A stretch of DNA of 64,000 nt from Flavobacterium sp. GTDB lineage: Bacteria; Bacteroidota; Bacteroidia; Flavobacteriales; Flavobacteriaceae. The notes under the pieces are model-generated. The model saw only the letters and a list, made by a program, of their open reading frames with translations, did no database searches and was not told the origin of the DNA. Position 1 is the stretch's first letter. The number at the start of each line of letters is the position of its first letter. Where the stretch lies: positions 227 through 64,226 of the forward strand of contig JAYTIV010000073.1 of assembly GCA_043731625.1 (NCBI GenBank), in the 5' to 3' direction. Shown piece by piece: positions 9,073-19,512 of this stretch. The translations under genes were made by a program, and so were the position numbers.

Positions 9073-9819
9073 ATGAAATTACTAGAAGGAAAAGTAGCTA
9101 TAATAACAGGAGCAAGTCGCGGAATTGGGAAAGGAATTGCAGAAGTTTTTGCAAAACACGGTGCCAATATCGCTTTTACGTACAGTTCGTCAGTAGAATC
9201 TGCTCAAGCTTTAGAAAACGATTTGAATGCATTGGGTATCAAAGCCAAAGGGTATCAAAGCAATGCAGCCGATTTTAATGAAGCACAAACCTTTGTAGAT
9301 GCTGTACTAACAGAATTTGGTACTGTAGATATCTTAATTAACAATGCTGGTATTACCAAAGACAATTTGTTGATGCGTATGTCTGAAGAAGATTTTGATA
9401 CGGTTATCGATGTCAATTTGAAGTCGGTTTTTAATATGACCAAAGCCATTCAAAAGACTTTTTTGAAAAAACGTTCGGGTTCTATCATCAATATGAGTAG
9501 TGTAGTAGGAGTGAAGGGGAATGCGGGACAAACCAACTATGCCGCTTCGAAAGCAGGAGTAATTGGTTTTACAAAATCAGTTGCCTTAGAATTAGGTTCC
9601 AGAAATATTCGTTGTAATGCTATTGCTCCAGGATTTATAGAAACTGAAATGACTGCAAAGTTAAATGAAGATGTGGTACAAGGTTGGAGAGATTCTATTC
9701 CGTTAAAACGTGGTGGTACTACTGAAGATGTTGCCAATGCATGTTTGTTTTTTGCATCCGATATGAGCGGGTATATTTCTGGGCAAGTGATGAATGTTTG
9801 TGGTGGAATGTTGACTTAA
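9073..9819 (+). CDS. fabG: 3-oxoacyl-ACP reductase
   Basis: TGASRGIG, NNAGITKDNLLMRM, NYAASKAG, APGFIETEMT. Confidence 0.95.
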   Translation: MKLLEGKVAIITGASRGIGKGIAEVFAKHGANIAFTYSSSVESAQALENDLNALGIKAKGYQSNAADFNEAQTFVDAVLTEFGTVDILINNAGITKDNLLMRMSEEDFDTVIDVNLKSVFNMTKAIQKTFLKKRSGSIINMSSVVGVKGNAGQTNYAASKAGVIGFTKSVALELGSRNIRCNAIAPGFIETEMTAKLNEDVVQGWRDSIPLKRGGTTEDVANACLFFASDMSGYISGQVMNVCGGMLT

Positions 9820-9829
9820 TAAATAAAAA

Positions 9830-11356
9830 ATGATACAAAAAATACTTCTTCTACTTGTCGTTTTAGTTACTAAAACAGCAATGGGTCAAGCAGCAGGAAC
9901 GCTAGACACTTCATTTGGAACTAACGGAAAAGTACTCTTTAGTTATGCTTCAAATTACGATTGTCATGCCAATGGTGTTGCCGTACAAAGTGATGGTAAA
10001 ATAGTAGTGGTAGGATATACAGGTTCAGCTACAACTCAAGGTGATTATACCGTAACTCGGTTACATCCAGACGGAACTTTTGATACTACTTTTGGTATTG
10101 GTGGTAAGTTGAATTTAAATCTTCTCAATACTGACATTGCTGAAAAAGTGATTATTGCAAATGATGGCAAAATATATGTTGGAGGAACCTCTGGAGGAAC
10201 ATCCATTTATTCTGGTGATAATTTTACTGTGGTTAGATTGAATAGCAATGGTAGCTACGATACTTCCTATGGTAGTAACGGAAAAGCTGTAGTTAGCTTT
10301 AGTGGAAATTATAACTTTTTCAATAATATGACCCTACAAAGTGATGGAAAACTTTTAGTGTGTGGTAAAAATACTGTGGATACAACAGGTAATTATTCTG
10401 ATTTTGCAGTAGCAAGATTTAATGCTGATGGTACTTTGGATTTTGATTTTAGTAATGATGGAAAGTTAACAATGAATATTAGAAATGAAGATGTTGCTAC
10501 TGCAATTATGGTGGATGCAACTGGAAATATAATTGTAGCAGGAACAGGATCAAGTCAAGCTTGTTTTGCTAGATATTTTTCTGATGGAACTTTAGACACC
10601 TCATTTGGAACAGCAGGAAAAATAAATATCGCAATTGCAGGTTTATCAACCGCTGTATATGATGCAAAAATGCAAAGTGATGGAAAAATAGTAGTCGCTG
10701 GTTATTCCTATGATAGCAATAATGGAGGTTACAACTCCTTAATAGCTCGATTTAATACCAATGGAACACTTGATACATCTTATGGAACAAATGGATATAC
10801 TATAAAAGATATTGATACTGCAAGTGAAGATCAAAATATTGCATTACTCTTACAGCCTGACGGAAAAGCGATTACTTGTGGTAGAGTAAATACAGGAGGA
10901 ACCTATTATTTTTCTATTTTGAGATTTACAACAGCTGGTGTTTTTGATACAACATTTAGTAATGATGGCATTCTTTTAACCTCTTTTGGTACATCTTGGA
11001 ATTTCGGTATGGGTTTGTCTTTACAACCAGACGGAAAATTAGTAGTTGTAGGTTATTATGACGATTTATTTGATGATACAGCAATTGCTAGATATCATAC
11101 CGGTGTTGCTCTTACCAATGAAATTTTTAATTATAGTGACTTAAAGTTAGTTCCTAATCCCGCAAAAGAAACTCTTGTATTAAGTTCTTCTGAAAATTTT
11201 GAAAGCAACTATACCATTTATGATGTTTCAGGTAGAACGATAAAAACTGGAGTTGCTCTTTCAAATCAAAACATCAACATTAGTGCGTTGCAAATAGGCG
11301 TTTATTATTTAAAATTAGAAAACACAACGCAAACGATACCATTCCTTAAGAATTAA
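9830..11356 (+). CDS. Delta-60 repeat beta-propeller protein with T9SS sorting domain
   Basis: About seven repeats of Q.DGKIVV.G...RFN.DGTLDTSFG..G; signal peptide; VPNPA...GVYYLKL C-terminus. Confidence 0.85.
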   Translation: MIQKILLLLVVLVTKTAMGQAAGTLDTSFGTNGKVLFSYASNYDCHANGVAVQSDGKIVVVGYTGSATTQGDYTVTRLHPDGTFDTTFGIGGKLNLNLLNTDIAEKVIIANDGKIYVGGTSGGTSIYSGDNFTVVRLNSNGSYDTSYGSNGKAVVSFSGNYNFFNNMTLQSDGKLLVCGKNTVDTTGNYSDFAVARFNADGTLDFDFSNDGKLTMNIRNEDVATAIMVDATGNIIVAGTGSSQACFARYFSDGTLDTSFGTAGKINIAIAGLSTAVYDAKMQSDGKIVVAGYSYDSNNGGYNSLIARFNTNGTLDTSYGTNGYTIKDIDTASEDQNIALLLQPDGKAITCGRVNTGGTYYFSILRFTTAGVFDTTFSNDGILLTSFGTSWNFGMGLSLQPDGKLVVVGYYDDLFDDTAIARYHTGVALTNEIFNYSDLKLVPNPAKETLVLSSSENFESNYTIYDVSGRTIKTGVALSNQNINISALQIGVYYLKLENTTQTIPFLKN

Positions 11357-11365
11357 CAACTTACA

Positions 11366-13393
11366 ATGACAACAAACACCTTTTTATTCGTAATACTTTC
11401 TATAGTAATAGCAGGTGGTTTGTCGTATTTTCAATATTTTTATAAAAATAAAAACTATTCTAAAGCCAATACAATATTGGCTTTATTGCGTTTTATTTCA
11501 GTTTTCGGAATATTGTTGCTTTTTATCAATCCGATTCTTTCTCGTAAAACTTTTGAGACAATCAAAACGCCTTTGCCAATAGTAGTAGACAATTCGAGTT
11601 CGATAATTGATTTAAAAGCCAATGCAAAAGTGCTTGACTTGTATCAGAAACTTATCACTAATGCTGCAATACAAGAAAAATATGAGGTACAATCTTTTCG
11701 TTTTGATGCCGATTTTGAAACTTCTGATCAATTTGATTTCAAAGGAACACAAACCAATCTAGATGAAGTGGCCAAAAGCCTAAAAAGCATTTATAAAAAC
11801 ACCACATTTCCAACCGTGGTGCTTACCGATGGGAACCAAACTTCTGGTAATGATTATTTGTATAGTTTTGATCCTGCTAAGAAAGTCTATCCAATAGTAG
11901 TAGGGGATACGACCACTTTGTTTGATTTGAAAGTAGCCCAATTGAATGTGAATAAATATGCGTTTCAAAAAAATAAATTTCCTGTAGAAGTTTTCTTGAA
12001 TTATTCTGGAACCAAAAGCATCAATGCTACTTTTAAAATAAGCCAAGGCAATTCGGTTTTGAATACGCAAACAGTTTCGTTTACACCTTCAAAAAAATCA
12101 ATAATTATTAACGCTTTGCTACCAGCAGAAAAAGTGGGGTTGCAAATTTTTAAAGCTTCGATTACATCTACACAACAAGAAAAAAACACGTATAACAATT
12201 CTAAGAATTTTGCGGTTGAAGTGATCGATCAAAGAACCAATGTTGCTTTAATTTCTGCTATCAATCATCCCGATTTGGGTGCCCTAAAAAGAGCCATTGA
12301 AACCAATGCACAACGCAAAGTAACCATTGTTAAGCCCAACGAAATCAAATCCTTACAGGATTTTCAAGTTTTACTACTATACCAACCGACAGCCGAGTTT
12401 AAATCGGTATTTGAAGCCAATAAAATAGCAAGATTGAATACTTTTATTATTACAGGAACCAATACTGATTTTAACTTTTTGAACCAACAACAAAGCAATC
12501 TGGTTTTTAGAATGAGCAATCAAAAAGAAGATTATTTGGCAAGTTTCAATTCGCAGTTTAATCTTTTTGCTTTAGATAATATTGGTTTTGAATTGTTTCC
12601 ACCTTTGCAAAATGCCTTCGGAACCATTACAACCAATTCTAATGTTTCGGTTTTGATGACTTCAAAAATCAGAAATATTGAAACCAATGCTCCTTTATTG
12701 GCATTTGCAGAAAATGGAGGTAAAAGAAGTGCTTATTTAATGGGCGAAAACATCTGGAAATGGCGTTTGCAAAGTCATGTTGAAAACAAATCTTACGAAA
12801 AATTTGATCTTTTTATAGACAAAACAATACAATATTTATCTTCAAATAATTCAAAAAAATCTTTGGTGGTTACTCACGAAAGTTTTTACAATTCTGGTGA
12901 TGCATTAGAAATAACGGCACAGTATTTCAATAAAAACTATGAGTTGGATGAGAAAGCGCAATTGACCATTTCGGTGACTAATAAAAGTACAAAACTATCC
13001 AAGAAATACGATTTTACAAGAACCAACAATTCCTTTAAAGTCAATCTAGACGGACTTCCGGCTGGTCAATATCAGTTTATGGTAAAAGAATTACATTCGA
13101 ATACCGTTTATAATGGGTATTTTGAAATACTAGATTTTGATATCGAAAAACAATTTGTGAATCCAGATGTCAACAAATTGTCACAATTAGCCACACAAAC
13201 ACAAGGTGCTGTTATTTTTCCGGATCAAATTGATACTTTACTAAAAATGCTTTTAGAGGATACAAATTACAAAGCCGTTCAAAAAGCAATTGTTAAGAAA
13301 ACCCCACTGATAGATTGGATGTGGTTGTTAGTGGGTATTGCATTATCGCTAACATGTGAATGGTTTTTGAGAAAATACAATGGGATGTTGTAG
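11366..13393 (+). CDS. Membrane-anchored VWA-domain protein
   Basis: N-terminal TMs, MIDAS-like VDNSSS and LTDGN, C-terminal TM with EWFLRK. Confidence 0.75.
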   Translation: MTTNTFLFVILSIVIAGGLSYFQYFYKNKNYSKANTILALLRFISVFGILLLFINPILSRKTFETIKTPLPIVVDNSSSIIDLKANAKVLDLYQKLITNAAIQEKYEVQSFRFDADFETSDQFDFKGTQTNLDEVAKSLKSIYKNTTFPTVVLTDGNQTSGNDYLYSFDPAKKVYPIVVGDTTTLFDLKVAQLNVNKYAFQKNKFPVEVFLNYSGTKSINATFKISQGNSVLNTQTVSFTPSKKSIIINALLPAEKVGLQIFKASITSTQQEKNTYNNSKNFAVEVIDQRTNVALISAINHPDLGALKRAIETNAQRKVTIVKPNEIKSLQDFQVLLLYQPTAEFKSVFEANKIARLNTFIITGTNTDFNFLNQQQSNLVFRMSNQKEDYLASFNSQFNLFALDNIGFELFPPLQNAFGTITTNSNVSVLMTSKIRNIETNAPLLAFAENGGKRSAYLMGENIWKWRLQSHVENKSYEKFDLFIDKTIQYLSSNNSKKSLVVTHESFYNSGDALEITAQYFNKNYELDEKAQLTISVTNKSTKLSKKYDFTRTNNSFKVNLDGLPAGQYQFMVKELHSNTVYNGYFEILDFDIEKQFVNPDVNKLSQLATQTQGAVIFPDQIDTLLKMLLEDTNYKAVQKAIVKKTPLIDWMWLLVGIALSLTCEWFLRKYNGML

Positions 13394-13451
13394 CATTTAT
13401 TTTTTATTAAAATATTTATTTCAATACTAAATAACATTTTATAATCATCAA

Positions 13452-14171
13452 TTATTTCCTTTTCAATCGATGATATTGAAACCTCAAATAATCATATAAC
13501 AAGGCCAATAACAGAAAAAAAGAAGCCACAAACAAGGTTTTGATTTCAATAGTTTTATACAAAAACCCTCCCAAAACACATCCAATAAAAAAGAACCCAA
13601 TAATTGACAATCGCAAGTAGATATTTGTTTTCAATTTGGTAACTTCTTCCGGTTTTTTATAAAAAAACAATTGCGAAAGCTCAATACCCAAATCGGTAAA
13701 CAGTCCAGTTAGATGGGTCGTTCTTACCGTAGATTGTGAAATTTTTGTCACCAAAGCATTCTGAATTCCCATTGCAAAAAGCAAGATAAACGCCATTATT
13801 TTAATCCAATTGGCATCAAAAGTAGCCATTGTTCCTAGAAAACCAACACTAATTAGCAATGTCATTTCTAATAGAATCGGAATAATATGGGCTATTTTGG
13901 GATTTTTAGCGTGTATGAATTCTGTCAAAAAATTGGAAACAAAAGCACCTAATAAAAAAAATAAAGTAAAGGCAAAAAAAGTAAAAGCAGCTGCATAGTC
14001 ATGCTTTATAAACTCTTCGGCAAAATAGGCATAATGTCCCGTAACATTAGTTGTTAGTGTATGCAAGGACAAAACTCCAGTACTATTGACCATACCTGCC
14101 ACCAAAGACAATAAGGTAGCCAATCGCAAATTATGAATGAAAGTCCTTTTTTGTCCGGTGTGATGAAACAT
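13452..14171 (-). CDS. YoaK/DUF1275 family membrane protein
   Basis: TNVTGH, AMGIQNA, VRTTHLTGLFTDLG motifs. Confidence 0.85.
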   Translation of the reverse strand: MFHHTGQKRTFIHNLRLATLLSLVAGMVNSTGVLSLHTLTTNVTGHYAYFAEEFIKHDYAAAFTFFAFTLFFLLGAFVSNFLTEFIHAKNPKIAHIIPILLEMTLLISVGFLGTMATFDANWIKIMAFILLFAMGIQNALVTKISQSTVRTTHLTGLFTDLGIELSQLFFYKKPEEVTKLKTNIYLRLSIIGFFFIGCVLGGFLYKTIEIKTLFVASFFLLLALLYDYLRFQYHRLKRK

Positions 14172-14177
14172 ATCGTT

Positions 14178-16271
14178 TTATCGTTGGTATTTTTTGTTTT
14201 TCAATATTTCCGAAGCGGTTTGATAATACGAAACTGTTTCGTCTAATAAGTCTTTGCGTACTTTATCTATTGGCTTTTCATTATAATGAATTTGAAAATT
14301 ATTTGCTACACCTGAAACTGGTTGCAATATTAAATCATATTGTTTTGATTTTCTAACAGGTGAAATAATCGTCAAAACATTATCTTTTATTAATCCTAGA
14401 TTTTGATAGGTTGCAATAAAAGCTCGTTGTTTGTAGTCTGGTTTTAAAACATCTTGTCCATAAAACTTACTGTCATAAGAAAAATGCAACAACCCAAATA
14501 AGGTAGGCATTAAATCGATTTGAGAGACTAATGCATTATTTAATGTTGGTTTTATAAAACCTGGTGCATAAATCATGGCAGGAATTCTATATTTTTCCAA
14601 AGGCAATTCTGTTTTTCCTGAACTCGAAGCACAATGATCGGCAACAATGACAAAAACCGTATTGTGGTACCAACTTTGTTTTTGAGCCATAGCAAAGAAT
14701 TTTCGCAACGCATAATCAGTATATTTCACACCACCATCACGAGATTTAGCGTGTGGATCAATATCTATTTTTCCTTCTGGATAGGTAAATGGTCTGTGGT
14801 TGCTCACTGTCATCCAATGATTAAAAAACGGTTTTCCTGTTTTTGCTTCTTCATTCATCACTTTAATGGCTTTGTTGGCCATATCTTCATCACAAACGCC
14901 CCATACATTAGCAAAAGTAATTTCTTGAGGTGTAAAGGTTTTTTTGTCAATAATATCATAGCCATTTCCGGTAAAAAAGTCTTCCATATTATCAAAATAA
15001 GCATCACCACCATACAAATATTTCACGGCATAGCCTTTCTTTTTGAAAATAGAACCAGTGGAGAATTTATCTTTATTGTCTTTTCGTTTGACCACACTTT
15101 CTCCAGCAGTTGGAGGCAAACATAAAGTAACCGCTTCAAGACCACGAACCGTTCTATTGCCCACAGCATACAAATTGGTAAATTGCAAACTTTGTGTCGC
15201 TAACGAATCTAAAAACGGTGTTATGTTGCTTTGATTTCCATAGGCTTTCATAAAATCGGCGCTATAACTTTCAATAGTAATTAGTACTACATTTTTATGA
15301 ATTTCAGGTGAATTACTTCTAATTGCTCTTAGTGAAGTTCCTTTTGATAAACCCCCAATTTGATTGCTTAATAATTGATAGGCTTTGTCATCCGGAAGGG
15401 TATTATAGAACTTAAAATAGTCTAATTCGCTATTCATAAAAGCCGAATAAAAACGTTGCATTCCGTTGGCTTGTAATTCATTCACAAAAACATTTGAGGA
15501 ATTTTCTTGTTGTGATAAAAAAGGAAGCACCAATAAAGACAGAATAAATAAGACAATATAAAGTGTTAGGTTTTTTATTTTTTCAACAAATGTGGGTAGT
15601 TTTTCTAAAAAAGGACGTGATTTTTTAACTATGAAATAGGTTGCAATAGCCGTTAATATTCCAACACCTGCAAATAAAGGAACAATAGGATACGATTCCA
15701 TAATATTACCAATAACTTCGTTGGTATAGACCAAATAATCAACCGCAATAAAGTTATATCGCACACCAAACTCATTCCAGAAAAAGAATTCACTTATCGT
15801 GTTTTGAATCAATACTAATGAAAAAATAAATATGGCAATTGAAAATAAAATCAATCGAATCGTGCTTCTGTATTTGGGCAAAAAAAGCATAAGTCCAAAT
15901 AAAACGGTCTTTAAACCTATAAATCCAATTCCTATTTCGGGTAACGAACCTCCATATTCATTGAGAATGGTATTGAAAAAAGAAACGTAAATCAATAACG
16001 AACATAAAATGGCAAAGATTACATAACCCCAAGGTTTATTGAATTTTGAGTCAGACAGAAACAACAAATAAAGACTTAATAAAAGACTCGCTATAAAAAA
16101 AATAAACATATCTGTAACCAATCCAAAGGTAAAAATCTTTACCACTTCTAAAAACTTAAAACTACTCTGCGTAATGGGATGAAAGAGCAAAACAATTCTT
16201 AAAACAAAATTTAGGAGTAAGTAAAAAAAGAATAAATAATGATAGGGAATGTATTTTTTTAAAAATTGCAT
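14178..16271 (-). CDS. LTA synthase family (membrane sulfatase/phosphoglycerol transferase-like)
   Basis: Five TMs followed by NVVLITIES, RTVRG, SNHRPF, VADH; start reassigned to MQFLKK at 16271, with TACTTTTG promoter element at 16298-16291. Confidence 0.85.
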   Translation of the reverse strand: MQFLKKYIPYHYLFFFYLLLNFVLRIVLLFHPITQSSFKFLEVVKIFTFGLVTDMFIFFIASLLLSLYLLFLSDSKFNKPWGYVIFAILCSLLIYVSFFNTILNEYGGSLPEIGIGFIGLKTVLFGLMLFLPKYRSTIRLILFSIAIFIFSLVLIQNTISEFFFWNEFGVRYNFIAVDYLVYTNEVIGNIMESYPIVPLFAGVGILTAIATYFIVKKSRPFLEKLPTFVEKIKNLTLYIVLFILSLLVLPFLSQQENSSNVFVNELQANGMQRFYSAFMNSELDYFKFYNTLPDDKAYQLLSNQIGGLSKGTSLRAIRSNSPEIHKNVVLITIESYSADFMKAYGNQSNITPFLDSLATQSLQFTNLYAVGNRTVRGLEAVTLCLPPTAGESVVKRKDNKDKFSTGSIFKKKGYAVKYLYGGDAYFDNMEDFFTGNGYDIIDKKTFTPQEITFANVWGVCDEDMANKAIKVMNEEAKTGKPFFNHWMTVSNHRPFTYPEGKIDIDPHAKSRDGGVKYTDYALRKFFAMAQKQSWYHNTVFVIVADHCASSSGKTELPLEKYRIPAMIYAPGFIKPTLNNALVSQIDLMPTLFGLLHFSYDSKFYGQDVLKPDYKQRAFIATYQNLGLIKDNVLTIISPVRKSKQYDLILQPVSGVANNFQIHYNEKPIDKVRKDLLDETVSYYQTASEILKNKKYQR

Positions 16272-16333
16272 TAATTGTAGTATTTTTATACAAAAGTAAC
16301 TAAAATTAATAGACCAATTTAAAACCACGTCAT

Positions 16334-16840
16334 ATGACTGATGCACACTTACATTTGATAGTAAATCATTTTCCAATAATAGGAACCATTATTGGATTAG
16401 GAATTCTTATTACGGGTATTATAATCAAGAATAATATTGTCAAAAATACGGCTTATGTGATTTTTATATTTTCAGCTATTTTTGCATTTGCAAGTATGTT
16501 TACAGGAGAAGGTGCAGAAGAAATGGTCGAAGATATGCCATCAGTGGGAAAAAAAATAATTCATGAACATGAAGAAATTGCAGAAAAACTCGCCATTGTT
16601 TCCTATTTATTAGGCTTGCTTTCAATAGCCGGTTTATATACCAACATCAAAAATCATGTCAGAGCCAATGTAGTATCCTATGCAATAATGGTGGTGGCTG
16701 TGGTGGCTGTTATAATTGCAAAAGAAGTAGGAACTTCTGGAGGAGAAATACGACATACTGAAATTAGAGAAAATACTCTAGGAACTTTAGAAAATGCAAT
16801 TACAAACCCATCAGAAAATAACGAAGAAGACAAGGATTAA
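16334..16840 (+). CDS. DUF2231-like membrane protein with conserved histidines
   Basis: AHLHLIVNHFP, HEHEE, GGEIRH; four TMs. Confidence 0.6.
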   Translation: MTDAHLHLIVNHFPIIGTIIGLGILITGIIIKNNIVKNTAYVIFIFSAIFAFASMFTGEGAEEMVEDMPSVGKKIIHEHEEIAEKLAIVSYLLGLLSIAGLYTNIKNHVRANVVSYAIMVVAVVAVIIAKEVGTSGGEIRHTEIRENTLGTLENAITNPSENNEEDKD

Positions 16841-16935
16841 GTTTTCAAATTTTATATAAAACTTTCTTTTTTTTAAAGATTCGAAAAGCTATATTTACTT
16901 TTTATAAAGTTTAAATATAGTTTTTTGCATTTACT

Positions 16936-18075
16936 ATGAATTCTAAATCCAATAGTGTTCCTCTTTCTAGTGAAAATGAAATAGAAGAACCACAACTCAA
17001 CATATTGTTAACCACTGATGAAGATGATGATCGTCCTGTTTATCTTTCAGGAAATTTTAATGATTGGCACACGCAGGATATCGATTTTGAAATGGAAAAA
17101 ATAGGCACTGGATTGTATCATTTCAAATTTTCAACAGATATTATTTTACCTACCGAATTGCAATATAAATTTACCAAAGGCGATTGGAGTGAAGTAGAAA
17201 TTGACAAATATGGTAATCGTACCGAAAATAGAATTAGCAAACATCACAAAGGCGTTATCAAAGAACATGTAGACAAATGGCGTAAAAACTGGTTGCCTTT
17301 TAAACCTAATTTTCTTCCAAAAGTCGAATTGATATCTGAAGAGTTTGAAATGCCTCAACTCAACAAAAAAAGAAAAATTTGGGCACTTTTGCCTCACGAT
17401 TACGAACATTCATCAGAACATTATCCGGTAATGTATTTACAGGATGCACAAAATTTATTTAACGAAAAAGCACAATATGGCAACTGGGAAATAGATAAAA
17501 AACTAGCCGTAATGTCAGAATACAAAATTGGTAAAATTATCATTATTGCTATTGAACACGCAGAACATGACCGTATCAAAGAATACAATGTTGGCAAAAC
17601 ATTACTAGGAGTTGGTCAAGGCAAAAAATACATTCGTTTTGTAACCGATACGTTAAAACCATTTGTTGATGCTAAATATAGAACCAAACCAGAACGCGAA
17701 CATACCGGAATAGGAGGAAGCTCCATGGGTGGATTGGTTAGCATATACAGTGGATTGATGTATCCAGAAGTTTATGGGAAACTTATGATTTTCTCACCAT
17801 CGTTATGGGTTATTCCAAAAATGGATTTTACCAACATTGATTTTTCTGAACCTGGTGATACCAAAATATATTTATATGGTGGTGGTGACGAAAGCGAAAC
17901 TATGATTGATCATATCAAGAAATTCAAGAAAAATATGATTAAAAATGAATTTGTTGAAGACAAAATGAAAATTAAAATGAGTATCAATATGAAAGGAAAA
18001 CACAACGAAATTTACTGGAGTGATGAGTTTCCAAAAGCCATAGAATGGTTATTTTTTAACACCAAAGACAATTAA
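16936..18075 (+). CDS. Alpha/beta-hydrolase esterase with N-terminal CBM48-like domain
   Basis: VYLSGNFNDW...YKFT N-domain; YPVMYLQDAQN; GGSSMGG nucleophile elbow; C-terminal GKHNE. Confidence 0.85.
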   Translation: MNSKSNSVPLSSENEIEEPQLNILLTTDEDDDRPVYLSGNFNDWHTQDIDFEMEKIGTGLYHFKFSTDIILPTELQYKFTKGDWSEVEIDKYGNRTENRISKHHKGVIKEHVDKWRKNWLPFKPNFLPKVELISEEFEMPQLNKKRKIWALLPHDYEHSSEHYPVMYLQDAQNLFNEKAQYGNWEIDKKLAVMSEYKIGKIIIIAIEHAEHDRIKEYNVGKTLLGVGQGKKYIRFVTDTLKPFVDAKYRTKPEREHTGIGGSSMGGLVSIYSGLMYPEVYGKLMIFSPSLWVIPKMDFTNIDFSEPGDTKIYLYGGGDESETMIDHIKKFKKNMIKNEFVEDKMKIKMSINMKGKHNEIYWSDEFPKAIEWLFFNTKDN

Positions 18076-18077
18076 TA

Positions 18078-19511
18078 ATGAAAACACAATCGATACAAGA
18101 TTTTAATACTTTTAAAGGAACACTACTTATTCCTGTTTTTGAAACCTATGAGAAAAGTTTAATTCCAATTGATTTTGATGGGTTATCTATTTCCTCAAAA
18201 GTTTTTTATGGCAAAAAAGACACCCATTATATTGCCGAAAAAAAGGATAACACTTATATTTTTATAGGAATAGGAAAAACAATAGACTATAAATCTTTGA
18301 AAACCATTTTTAGAAGAATAGCTGCTAAACAAAAAGAACATTTTAGTGCCAATGTTGCACTGGTAGTTCCTGAACCATTTGAATTAAAACAAATGGAAGC
18401 TACCATTTCTGGATTGTTTTTAGGTACTTATAATTTAGGTCATTTTAAGAAAAAAGAAATTCATCCCATACTTGAAGATGATTTTATTTTGTCCATCCAT
18501 TCAAAAACAGATTATACTGAATCCATAAAAAGAGCAATAAAAATTGCCAAAGCACAAATAGAAATTCTTTATTTGGTTGATTTACCTCCCAATGTAGTCA
18601 CTCCAAAATACCTTTCAAATTGGGCTCAAGAATCCGGAAAAGAATTTGGATTTTCAACCCATATTATGGGAGACCACGCCAGCAAAATAGAAGGTTTAGA
18701 CGCTTTTTTATCAGTAGGAAAAGGAAGCGAAAAAGAACCACAATTTGTGATCATGCAATACAAACCTGAGAAAGCAACTTCAAAAACCAAACATGTAGGT
18801 CTTGTGGGCAAGGGAATTACTTTTGATACTGGTGGTTTGAATATCAAAACGGCTGGAATGGTACAAATGAAATGTGATATGGCTGGTGGTGCTGCAGTTT
18901 TTGGTGCGATGCAACTTATAGCAGATTTACAATTACCCATTGCAGTAACAGCTATAGTACCGTGTTGTGAAAATGCTGTCGATAACAAATCGTTTTTGCC
19001 AAGTGATGTTATCAAAAGTTATAGCGGCCACTCTATAGAAATTATTGATACCGATGCCGAAGGACGATTGATTCTTGCCGATGGTTTAGCCTATTTAATT
19101 AAGAATTATAATCCTGAGATCATTGTTGATATAGCGACCCTTACAGGAAGTAGTGTTGGCACTTTTGGTTACGAATGTGCTGCTTTATTTACCAATAATG
19201 AAACGATTTCAAAAAAACTGCAAGAATCCGGTGATGCCATTGGTGAACGTTTATGGCAATTGCCACTTTGGGATTGTTACAAATCTGATATCGAAAGTGA
19301 TATTGCCGATGTCAAAAACTATTCTGGAAAACCAGTTGCTGGAGCCATATCGGCTGCCAAATTTTTAGAATTCTTTACCAACGAACACAAAGCTTGGGCA
19401 CATCTTGATATTGCTGGTGTAGCTTTTGGCGATGACGAATTTGCAAAAAGCAAACACGCAACTGCTTATGGTGTTCATTTATTAACTCAATTTATTGAAA
19501 ATTTATCATAG
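18078..19511 (+). CDS. M17 leucyl aminopeptidase
   Basis: GKGITFDTGG, MKCDMAGG, TDAEGRL, ATLTG, WAHLDIAG. Confidence 0.95.
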   Translation: MKTQSIQDFNTFKGTLLIPVFETYEKSLIPIDFDGLSISSKVFYGKKDTHYIAEKKDNTYIFIGIGKTIDYKSLKTIFRRIAAKQKEHFSANVALVVPEPFELKQMEATISGLFLGTYNLGHFKKKEIHPILEDDFILSIHSKTDYTESIKRAIKIAKAQIEILYLVDLPPNVVTPKYLSNWAQESGKEFGFSTHIMGDHASKIEGLDAFLSVGKGSEKEPQFVIMQYKPEKATSKTKHVGLVGKGITFDTGGLNIKTAGMVQMKCDMAGGAAVFGAMQLIADLQLPIAVTAIVPCCENAVDNKSFLPSDVIKSYSGHSIEIIDTDAEGRLILADGLAYLIKNYNPEIIVDIATLTGSSVGTFGYECAALFTNNETISKKLQESGDAIGERLWQLPLWDCYKSDIESDIADVKNYSGKPVAGAISAAKFLEFFTNEHKAWAHLDIAGVAFGDDEFAKSKHATAYGVHLLTQFIENLS

Positions 19512-19512
19512 T

